Below are positions 1-8,497 of a DNA stretch of 64,000 nucleotides, one piece after another. The first letter of the stretch is position 1, and each line of letters starts with the position of its first letter. Source of the stretch: Catajapyx aquilonaris (Eukaryota). The position numbers and the translations under genes are program-made. The DNA is taken from positions 62,001-126,000 of the forward strand of contig KZ538211.1 of NCBI GenBank assembly GCA_000934665.2, written 5' to 3'. The notes under the pieces are model-generated. The model was not told where the DNA came from, ran no database searches, and was given only the letters and a program-made list of their open reading frames with translations.

Positions 1-18
1 AACGTTTAATGGGTGCTG

Positions 19-123
19 CACTGCCTAAATCCAAAGCCGAAGAGAATGGAGGATAAGATACATAAAATAATGTATAGAGAGTAACTTTCCTTCCATCCTA
101 CTCGGCTTTGGATTTGGGCAATG
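19..123. repeat. ~105-bp imperfect inverted repeat (hairpin / MITE-like) upstream of the Toll coding exon
   Basis: 19-40 CACTGCCTAAATCCAAAGCCGA versus reverse complement of 102-123 CATTGCCCAAATCCAAAGCCGA = 20/22. Weaker pairing continues inward (41-61 with 81-101). No clear TSD. Confidence 0.7.
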
Positions 124-321
124 GAAATGCTTTCAATATGAGAATGTGTCGATTATTATTTCATCCCTGCAATGACACCCCTAATGGACAGATGATCCTA
201 ATCAGGCAATGCTGCTTGTAGCTCTTCTTATATTGGCTGATTTGCATGATATGCCCAACGGGGGTGTCACAGTTGAACGTCCTTGAACTTGTGTGATCAG
301 AAACTAGTATTAAAATAATAA

Positions 322-353
322 TGCGTGTTTTGTGTTTGGTGTGCGTGTTGCAG
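322..353 (+). promoter_or_regulatory. Probable 3' splice acceptor of a 5'UTR intron; coding exon would start at 354
   Basis: U/G-rich tract TGCGTGTTTTGTGTTTGGTGTGCGTGTTGCAG ending in TTGCAG|G, at a sharp switch from AT-rich to GC-rich sequence, 83 nt before the ATG. The upstream exon and promoter are not identified in the window. Confidence 0.65.
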
Positions 354-363
354 GGTTGGTGCA

Positions 364-390
364 ATGGGACTGGTGCAGGGTTGCAGCTGA
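364..390 (+). promoter_or_regulatory. uORF1 (MGLVQGCS*)
   Basis: ATG at 364-366 in strong context GCAATGG. Its stop TGA (388-390) overlaps the ATG of uORF2 as TGATG. Confidence 0.55.
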
Positions 391-440
391 TGGGCAGCAG
401 CATCAGAGGCCGCACTGGCCCCGAGCATAGGAGGAGATGA
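390..440 (+). promoter_or_regulatory. uORF2 (MGSSIRGRTGPEHRRR*)
   Basis: ATG at 390-392, 16 codons. Its stop TGA (438-440) overlaps the main start ATG (437-439) as ATGA. Confidence 0.55.
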
Positions 441-3400
441 AGCGGAGAGCGGCGGCGGCGGCGGCCCGAGTGCTGGCGGCCATCCTCGCCTGCCTGGTCG
501 CCACTTCTTCTTCCTCCCCGTCCTCGGGGGGCTCCGCGCTGGAGGACTGCAGGTGGCTATCCAGCATCGACGTCGGGGTCGTCCGAGGCGCCGGTGCTGG
601 GGGAGGTGGAGGAGGCGGAGGCGGAGGCGGTGGGGGCCTGGAGTGCCGGCTGAGAACCCTGCACGGCCACATCTCCAGCGCCAACCTGTCCTCGCAGCAG
701 CATTACCAACAGTTCAGCGGTGTGGCCCTGTCCGAGCGCCTCTTCTCCCTCAGACTCGAGTGCAACGACCAGCTCTTCTTCGAGAGCTACCTGGAGGCAC
801 GCACCTTCCGTGACCTGGTCCAGCTCCGACACCTTGACCTCGAGTACTGCAAGATCGCCCGTCTACCCTCGCAGGCCTTCCACTCCCTCACCTCCTTGAA
901 GCACCTGTCCATCCGAACCCACAACACCGACTGGCCCGCCATCGCCCTCGAGGCAGACCCAGGAGCTTTCGACCAGCTGCTCAGCCTAGAGAGGTTGGAC
1001 CTCAGCTTCAACAACATCTGGACCTTGCCCGAGGACATCTTCTGCCCGCTCAGGAGTCTCCGGTACATCAACCTGACCCAGAACCGGCTCCAGGACATCG
1101 AGATGCTGGGATTCACCAGGGGGTCGCTGACCCCGGAGTGGAAGAGGTCGAACACCGGGTGCGGAAACAACATGAGGGTGCTGGACATGGGGTTCAACAG
1201 CCTAGAGACTGTTCCCCCGGAAGCCTTGGGAACACTGAGCCGCCTGGAGGAGCTGTACCTGGAGAACAATGTCATCTCCAGCCTTCCAGACAGGGCCCTG
1301 GTAGGACTCGAGTCCCTCAGGATCATCAATCTATCCGGGAACAAGCTAGTCAACCTGCCTCCCGAACTGTTCGAAGCCACGAGGGGCGTCAAGGAGATCC
1401 ACCTGCAGAACAATTCCCTTACGGTGCTGGCCCCGGGCCTGTTCGAGGGCCTGGACCAGCTCCTGGTGCTCGACCTGTCCAAAAACGAGCTGACCAGCGA
1501 GTGGGTCAATTCAGAGACCTTCAACGGCCTGCTCAGGCTGGTGGTTCTCAACCTGTCCCAAAACCGACTCTCCCGCCTAGACTCCGCCATATTCCGAAAC
1601 CTGTACAGCCTCCAAATCCTGAGACTAAACAACAACGAGATCAACAGCATAAGCGACAACTCCTTTGGTTCCATGAGCAACCTCCACACCTTGATCCTGT
1701 CCCACAACCAGCTGCTGACCGTGGACGCCAGCACCCTGAACGGCCTGCAGGTTCTGAGCCTCCTCTCCCTGGACAACAACGCCATCGAGTCCATCCATCC
1801 GATGGCTTTCCGGAACTGTTCCAACCTGCAGGATCTGAATCTGAGCGGGAACAACCTGTTCCAAGTCCCCGTGGCCCTGCAGGACCTGCAGCTTCTCAAG
1901 ACGCTGGACCTCGGGGAGAACCATATATCCAACGTGGAGAACGTCTCCTTTAGCCGCATGCAGCACCTGTACGGCCTACGACTCATTGACAACAGGATAG
2001 GCAACGTGAGCAAATCCACTTTCACTTTCCTTCCTTCCCTTCAAATCCTCAACCTGGCCAAGAACCAGATCCACAGCGTGCAGCCCGGGGCTTTCCATTC
2101 CAACAAGGACCTCCGAGCAGTAAGGCTCGACTCCAACTATCTCTCGGACATCGCTGGTCTCTTCGTCAACCTCCCCAGCCTCATCTGGCTCAACCTGTCG
2201 GCCAACCAGCTGGTGAGTTTCGACTACTCCATGATCCCCACCAGGCTGCAGTGGCTGGACCTGCACGCAAACAGCATGCAGGAGCTGGGCAACTCGATGG
2301 AGCTGGAGAGCCAGCTGTACCTCCGCACCTTCGACGTGAGTTTCAATCGGTTGACGGAAGTGAGCAGTAGTGTGATCCCGGATAGTGTGGAGCTCCTGTT
2401 TCTCAACGAGAACCGAATTCATACAGTGCAACCGTACGCTTTCTTCAAAAAGCCCAATCTCACCCGGGTGGACCTCTTTGGCAACCAAATCGCGCAGCTG
2501 GATCAGAACGCGCTCCGGATCTCCCCCGGTGGCAACGGCCATCCCCTCCCCGAGTTTTACATTGGCGGCAACCCGTTCCAGTGCGACTGCAGCATGGAGT
2601 GGTTGCAGAGGATCAACACGCCCGATTCGCTCCGGCAGCACCCTCGAGTCATGGACTTGGAGAGTATCTATTGCAAGCTGTTGTACAACCGCGACAACAC
2701 CTATGTTCCTCTGGTGGAGGCCCAGCCCTCGCAGTTCCTGTGCGAATACGACAGCCACTGCTTCGCTCTGTGCCACTGCTGCGACTTTGACGCTTGTGAT
2801 TGCGAGATGACCTGCCCGACCAACTGCACGTGTTACCACGACCAGTCCTGGTCCGCCAACATTGTGGACTGTTCTGAGGTGGGTCATTTCCACCTGCCGG
2901 AGAGGATTCCCATGGACGCCACCGAGCTCTACCTCGATGGCAACGACATCCGAAGCCTGAGCAGCCACATCTTCATCGGCAGAAAGAACCTGAGGGTCCT
3001 GTTCCTCAACAACTCCAACCTGGACGTGCTGCACAACCGCACGTTCAACGGCCTCCGAGCCCTGGAGGTCCTCCACCTCCAGGACAACCGCCTGACCGAG
3101 CTGAGAGGCTACGAGCTGGAAGGGCTTCCCAGCCTGCGGGTGCTGGACCTGCACAACAACCACCTGAACTCCATCCACAACTCCACCTTCCTGACCCTCC
3201 ATTCCCTCCAAATCCTCCTGCTGGACGGCAACCGCCTGACCCGACTGGCCGTGTGGCAGCTGAGTCACAACCCCAACCTTAAAACCCTGTCTCTGAGTCA
3301 CAATCCTTGGAGCTGCGAATGCGACTTCGTGGAAGAGTTCCGGCTGTGGTCTGCCGGGGCAGAGTCCCTCCTGACGGATGTGGAATCCCTGCACTGTATC

Positions 3401-4156
3401 GTCAACGACACCGAGGGCTCCCTGCTGGTCGACTCCAACTCCACCCTGTGCGCGGGCAACAGCACAGAGCCCAAGACCATCATCAGGCAGCTGATGATGC
3501 ACGACTACCTTCCGCTGCTGGTGGCCACAGTGGCCATCTTCCTGGTGGTGGCCGTCACCAGCCTGGTGATATTCTGCTACAGGCACTCGATGCGAGTCTG
3601 GCTGCACTCCAAGTTCGGGGTCCGCCTCGGGGCCAAGCAAGAGTTCGAAGGCGAGCGGGAGAAGCTCTTCGACGCCTTCGTGTCCTACAGCTCCAAAGAC
3701 GAGGTGTTTGTGACCCAGGTGCTAGCTCCCAGACTGGAGCAGGGTCAGCCCTCCTACCGCCTGTGCCTGCATCACCGGGACTTCCCTGTCGGGGCATACC
3801 TGACCGACACCATCATCCAGGCCGTGGATGCCAGTCGGAGGACCATCATGGTCCTCTCAGAGAACTTTATCAAGTCCGAGTGGTGCCGATTCGAGTTCAA
3901 GTCGGCCCACCATCAGGTGCTGAAGGACCGGCGCAAAAGACTGATTATGGTTCTTCTGGGTGAGGTCCCCCACAAGGACCTGGATCCGGACATCCGGTTG
4001 TATCTCAAGACAAACACCTATCTCCAGTGGGGGGACAAAAGGTTCTGGGACAAGTTACGGTTCGCGATGCCGGACGCCAAAGTGGCCAGGACGGTGGTCA
4101 GGAGCACCCACAACAATGCCAACTCATCCCCCCGGGCAGTGGCCATACACATATGA
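437..4156 (+). CDS. Tollo: Toll-family receptor, multiple-cysteine-cluster long-Toll type, most similar to Tollo/Toll-8; single coding exon, 1239 aa
   Basis: Signal peptide (MKRR...VLAAILACLVA); a long run of LxxLxLxxNxL repeats; LRRCT GGNPFQCDC (nt ~2564); long-Toll signature CFALCHCCDFDACDCEMTCP (nt ~2759); more LRRs; second LRRCT HNPWSCEC (nt ~3299); TM helix YLPLLVATVAIFLVVAVTSLVIFCY (nt ~3506-3580); TIR domain FDAFVSYS...LCLHHRDF...SEWCRFEF...FWDKLRFAM (nt ~3660-4070). Strong GC3 bias. The Toll call is secure. Tollo orthology (~0.7) rests on my recall of the motif GEVPxKDLDPDIRLYLKTNTYLQWGDK, versus TNTCIEW in Toll-6; Toll-10 is not excluded. Confidence 0.96.
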   Translation: MKRRAAAAAARVLAAILACLVATSSSSPSSGGSALEDCRWLSSIDVGVVRGAGAGGGGGGGGGGGGGLECRLRTLHGHISSANLSSQQHYQQFSGVALSERLFSLRLECNDQLFFESYLEARTFRDLVQLRHLDLEYCKIARLPSQAFHSLTSLKHLSIRTHNTDWPAIALEADPGAFDQLLSLERLDLSFNNIWTLPEDIFCPLRSLRYINLTQNRLQDIEMLGFTRGSLTPEWKRSNTGCGNNMRVLDMGFNSLETVPPEALGTLSRLEELYLENNVISSLPDRALVGLESLRIINLSGNKLVNLPPELFEATRGVKEIHLQNNSLTVLAPGLFEGLDQLLVLDLSKNELTSEWVNSETFNGLLRLVVLNLSQNRLSRLDSAIFRNLYSLQILRLNNNEINSISDNSFGSMSNLHTLILSHNQLLTVDASTLNGLQVLSLLSLDNNAIESIHPMAFRNCSNLQDLNLSGNNLFQVPVALQDLQLLKTLDLGENHISNVENVSFSRMQHLYGLRLIDNRIGNVSKSTFTFLPSLQILNLAKNQIHSVQPGAFHSNKDLRAVRLDSNYLSDIAGLFVNLPSLIWLNLSANQLVSFDYSMIPTRLQWLDLHANSMQELGNSMELESQLYLRTFDVSFNRLTEVSSSVIPDSVELLFLNENRIHTVQPYAFFKKPNLTRVDLFGNQIAQLDQNALRISPGGNGHPLPEFYIGGNPFQCDCSMEWLQRINTPDSLRQHPRVMDLESIYCKLLYNRDNTYVPLVEAQPSQFLCEYDSHCFALCHCCDFDACDCEMTCPTNCTCYHDQSWSANIVDCSEVGHFHLPERIPMDATELYLDGNDIRSLSSHIFIGRKNLRVLFLNNSNLDVLHNRTFNGLRALEVLHLQDNRLTELRGYELEGLPSLRVLDLHNNHLNSIHNSTFLTLHSLQILLLDGNRLTRLAVWQLSHNPNLKTLSLSHNPWSCECDFVEEFRLWSAGAESLLTDVESLHCIVNDTEGSLLVDSNSTLCAGNSTEPKTIIRQLMMHDYLPLLVATVAIFLVVAVTSLVIFCYRHSMRVWLHSKFGVRLGAKQEFEGEREKLFDAFVSYSSKDEVFVTQVLAPRLEQGQPSYRLCLHHRDFPVGAYLTDTIIQAVDASRRTIMVLSENFIKSEWCRFEFKSAHHQVLKDRRKRLIMVLLGEVPHKDLDPDIRLYLKTNTYLQWGDKRFWDKLRFAMPDAKVARTVVRSTHNNANSSPRAVAIHI

Positions 4157-4720
4157 CCCCCCCCCCCCTTCCCTCCCTCCCCAAGTGTACATAGTTCAAA
4201 GTGTCTTGTGATAGACTTGGAAGTGTTCAGTGCTGTGCTCGCGGTTCCAACAAGTTCAACGTACTTTTGTTCACACGTCAGGTGGATGCCCAAATTGTGT
4301 GTGTGTACATACCTACTTGCAAAATGACACAAGTCGTCAAAATGAGTGTATGAAAGTTTGGAGATGAACGAATGTTGTGTACAGTACACAACCGACCAGG
4401 AGCTTACCCGAGGTAACTCGAGTTATTTATTTTCCTTCTCTTATTTACGTGTACTGTAGCCCCGCAAAACTCCACTGTTTTTTTTTTAATCTCCAGTAGA
4501 AACGCATAACCGCTCCATGCAATAGATCAAATCTTTTTCAAGTATATTTCGACCGCCATCTGGTAAAAGCTTGTAAAAAAACACACGTTTAAAAAAGAGA
4601 GAGCAGATGCGCTTAAATGCAAGTGTGAGGCTACCCGGATCTTTTCTAATACTTCCGTATTTCCCGCCCATGTTCATTTTTTGTTACTGTCAAAAATAAA
4701 TCTGTTCACTGATGTGCAAT
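4157..4720 (+). promoter_or_regulatory. Probable 3'UTR with Pumilio elements, K-box seed and AU-rich element
   Basis: C-rich tract 4157-4182; TGTACATA at 4186-4193 and 4304-4311; TGTGATA 4207-4213; TTATTTATT 4423-4431; GTGCAAT 4714-4720. The 3' end is inferred from the AATAAA. Confidence 0.6.
4695..4700 (+). terminator. Polyadenylation signal AATAAA (alternative at 4815-4820)
   Basis: First canonical AATAAA I found downstream of the stop, preceded by U-rich sequence. Confidence 0.55.
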
Positions 4721-6830
4721 GAAAATGATAACATTTCTTCCACCACCTGCAGCGACTACCTCCATATTTTTAGGGGCTTCCCACGTCACGAATGGTGCGA
4801 AAGCTAAGAAAGGAAATAAATTTTCGAAACTGGGCTTGTACAACCCTCATGTGTCAAGCAGAGTACACACACCAGTTCAGAAAGGAATCAAAAGAAGCAG
4901 GGGGGGTGGGGGGGGGGGGGATTTTTAAAAACCGGCCGCAACTGCTAGTCTGCGTGATTTTTCGATAGTCAGGTTTATTAAATGTTTGCAACACGAGAGT
5001 AATGGTCCAGGGCACCTAATTTCTCCTCTGTACGACACTGTGATGGAACTGAACTTGGCAGAACATAAATTGCAGCACTTTAGCCAGAGATTCCTCTCTC
5101 CCCCTCCTCCCCCTCGTCCCCTTTATAGGGCCCGTAATTATTCTTCCACGTTATCAACTTCCCCCAACCATGCATGGGTGGATCAAGTAATAATAATAAT
5201 CGCCTTTGGTGATCCATAGGCTAAGAGGCAGCAGCAGGCAGGTTCAGGAAAAAAAAAAAAAGAGTGAGAGAGGGCTGGAGGCCCGGCTTATTCTTCCAAC
5301 AACAAAACGATCAGAAATCCAGCCACATCTCGAAGGCTCACTTAGTGCTAAATAGGAAAAGCTGGTAAAACCCTTCCGCAGAATCCGCCATAAGCAGAGT
5401 GGAGCCTCACCCGAAGAGCACATTAAATTGCCGTTTACGACCCAGTTATGACAAATTTCGGCAGCGTTGGAAATTTCGCATCCCGGATAACATGTACTAA
5501 TAAAACGGCGTGCGGGTACTTGGCGCTCCCATAACGACGCTTTGAGGAACTGTTTATGACGTTTAAGATGGACAATGAGGAAGGTATTTCGGACGCTGGC
5601 AGCAGCGGGGCGCATCCACCTTTCCGAATCAGGATTCCCGGCTTTTAGAGAATGCGCCCTTTGGCAGCCAGGGCATCAAACCGGAGGCTTTAAAAAAAAA
5701 AAAAATTCAATTGTGGATTTACGATTGCAAAAGGAGTGAGAAGACAGGCCATTTCGTCGGCCTTCGATCCAATTGCGATTTAACGCGCAGGAAAATTAGT
5801 CTAACTTCATAGAAACGGCATAAACTCGTGTATTACGTCACTTAATATTCGGAACATCACGCGACTTTACCGAGTAGATATAAAGTTGAGCCATCTTCTA
5901 AATTCCCAGCAAGGCCTGTTCCCCTTCTCCTCCAAAAAATGGTCATATAAAACTCAGCATCCCGTAACAAAGGAGGACACCTATCGTGGAATATTAAATC
6001 AATAATTGCAGCCCCGTTGTTAGGTGAAATCATATTGTGACGGCGTCACTTAGAATTTTGGACATTGCCGGCAGGTATACTCTTGCATCTGGGATAATTA
6101 CCACTGGGGCCCAATTATTGCGGGGTTGGAGGAGGAAGGGGGGAGGGTTGTGAGGCGAGGGGTGTGTAGACGTCCCTTTTAGGAAGCTGCAAATTTGGCT
6201 GAATAAATAGCGGAGTGTCGGGTCCTCGGCGGAATAACCAGTCTCACCCAGTCGGAGCTTGTCACTTTTTGTGCAGCGTGCGAGGCAAATCCGCCCACTC
6301 GCCAACCACAACATTTATCTCCCAGGCCTCAAAAACCTTGTATCACAGTAATAGAAGGGCTGGCCTACAGCATACCTCATATCGGAAGACATTCATCTTG
6401 CAAAAGACCAGCCCTCCCTATACAGACCCCCCCTCTCCCCACCTGCTCTCACCCAGCATCCTTTCCCCCCGATTGATTCTCCTTCGATCTATCTCCCACC
6501 CCCTACCAAATGTCCACTTCCGCTCATTTGAATTACGACACGCTCTTTCCTATTCATCCACATTAAAGCGCCTTTTTATAGGCCTTTCGGGGAGAGCTGC
6601 TCAAAAAATAAAATTTGGAGGGGGCCAATAAAAGCGGCCATAAAAGTAACGAAATCGACGTCCATGGGCACTTCGATTCCATGCTGGCAGTCTCTGCAAC
6701 AAGCCGTGTCATGATAAAAGGAACGTCAATGTCTCCTAGGGTTCCACCAGCACACCAACCAAGACCGTGATTTCCATAACTTCAACCCGACCGCCGAGGG
6801 TTTCTCCCCTCACTATACTTTCCTCTTTTT

Positions 6831-6856
6831 TCTCATTTTTACTTTTTGTATTTACA
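6831..6856 (+). repeat. 26-bp exact direct repeat, copy 1 (copy 2 at 8024-8049)
   Basis: TCTCATTTTTACTTTTTGTATTTACA is identical at both positions, 1193 bp apart. Confidence 0.85.
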
Positions 6857-8023
6857 ACGCGGCCAGGGACACGTATTCGGGATTGTGTTGTTTTGCGCCG
6901 TAACGCAACATGTCGCAAATTACTCCACGGGTCTCTAAGATGCTGTTATGTTTAATTGTCCGAGGAAATAACGCGCCGTCAACTTGACAGATAATGAGTC
7001 ATTAAGAGGGTTTCGGGCCCTTTTTTTATCCAATGACAAATATCCCGATGGCTATTGTGTTACCTCTAGAGCCGAGGTGGGCCTAAGTAGTTGTGGGAAC
7101 CACTATTTAGTGCACATCCCACACATGCAGGATTTTTGTAAAGGGGAAAGTTTTTTTCGCAGGTTTAATATCCCAGAATGCGACCATGTCACGCGTTACA
7201 AATCACATGTACAAAATGGCTTGTATGCTACAGGAATTTGCATGTTGCTGTAGTTGTTGTTCCATATCTGGATATAATATTTCAGTGGAGAAAATTAGCA
7301 GAAAATTGTGCGAAATGGAGATGACTCAAAGCCCCTGACATGGAAAATCCAGTGTGCACATTTTAAACAGCAAAAAAACACATAACACACAACAAAAAAT
7401 CTACCAATTAAGAATCTACGCGGATAAAATGAAAAGCCATATAATGTCGGACTTCATAAGAGTGAAAATTATCTTCGTGCCTAGTTATGTATTGCCAAGT
7501 TTTAAAACTGCACCATGTCATTGTTAGTCACTCACTAATTATCACGATCATAACTCCTATATCTTGCATTATATCATCCCAGCTGCGGCAATAGGGAAAA
7601 GCTAATTAGTAAGTCTGTAAGCAATATGAAACGACAAAATATGGGGTTTGCGTCTTTTAGAGTAAGAACTTCTCTAACAAGCAGTAACTATGGAAACCCA
7701 TCGTTGTTTCCAAAATTTAGGAGGCTGAAGACTTACCATACTTCTAAATTTAGCCATAACGCTCATATTTCATAAGCCTACACATTAGGTGCAAGTTACA
7801 ATTTCGATCTGTTGAATTTTTACTGTTTCAAGGAAGGGGCAAAAGGCAAGCATCAAAAGATATCGTCACTTAAAGGCCATATGATTGTCAAAAATAAATT
7901 GGGCCAAAAAATAGCGCAGGTGGCAAACAAATACACGATGAGGTCGTAGGCTGGAAGAATTCACTATACTGAAAATCGACAACACTGCACCAGTCCTTTT
8001 AGCATTGTCGTCCACACAATATG

Positions 8024-8073
8024 TCTCATTTTTACTTTTTGTATTTACACGTGTATTTACACGTTTACACGTG
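8024..8073 (+). repeat. 26-bp direct repeat, copy 2, followed by iterated (GTA)TTTACACG microrepeats abutting the MITE
   Basis: TCTCATTTTTACTTTTTGTATTTACAC GTGTATTTACAC GTTTACAC GTG lies immediately before the left TIR. Confidence 0.8.
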
Positions 8074-8497
8074 TGGGTTCACACTAGGCGTTTTTGTCGC
8101 CTGCGACTTTGCTGCCGCGTTTTCGTCGCTGACGCCTCACGAGGTTCACACTAGGCGTTTTTGTCGCGCGTTTTGCTTCCCCTACTGATGCAACCCGAGC
8201 AGCGTTGCCAACCTGACCCTTAGCAACTACCGTTCCACAATAGTCAAAATTAAACACTTTTCACGCGACTTTGTCGCCAGGTGTGTCTGCCCCAACTGAT
8301 TACCATGTGTTCAGTTTTCAGCGACTTTGTCGCGGCGTTTTTGTAGCGGCAGCAAAAACGCAGCATGCTGCGTTTTGCGACGACCAAGCAGGAAAGAAGT
8401 CGTGGTGTGTCATGCCCCATAAGTTTGCATGTGTTCTGTTTTGAGCGACTTGTCGCGGCGTTTTTGTCGCGCGACAAAAACGCCTAGTGTGAACCCA
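8074..8497. mobile_element. 424-bp non-autonomous DNA transposon (MITE), possibly PIF/Harbinger-derived
   Basis: Perfect 27-bp TIRs TGGGTTCACACTAGGCGTTTTTGTCGC (8074-8100 and 8471-8497). A third TIR copy at 8143-8167. Internal ~125-bp-period duplication (8281-8360 vs 8405-8483). TAA follows the right end but there is no matching left TSD. No transposase. The superfamily is inferred from the GGTTCACAC end motif and the TAA. Confidence 0.85.

Noticed and set aside
787..2025. 412-aa antisense ORF and the 271-aa/218-aa alternative-frame ORFs inside the CDS
   Set aside because: Shadow frames of a GC-rich, repetitive LRR coding sequence, with Arg/Ser/Pro-rich non-protein-like composition.
1976..3640. 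554-aa antisense ORF
   Set aside because: It is in codon register with the Toll CDS, open because TTA/CTA/TCA codons are rare under high GC3, and has no recognisable domain.
8281..8497. Repeated palindromic units resembling a CRISPR array
   Set aside because: Only two degenerate units, inside a TIR element, in eukaryotic DNA with no cas genes.
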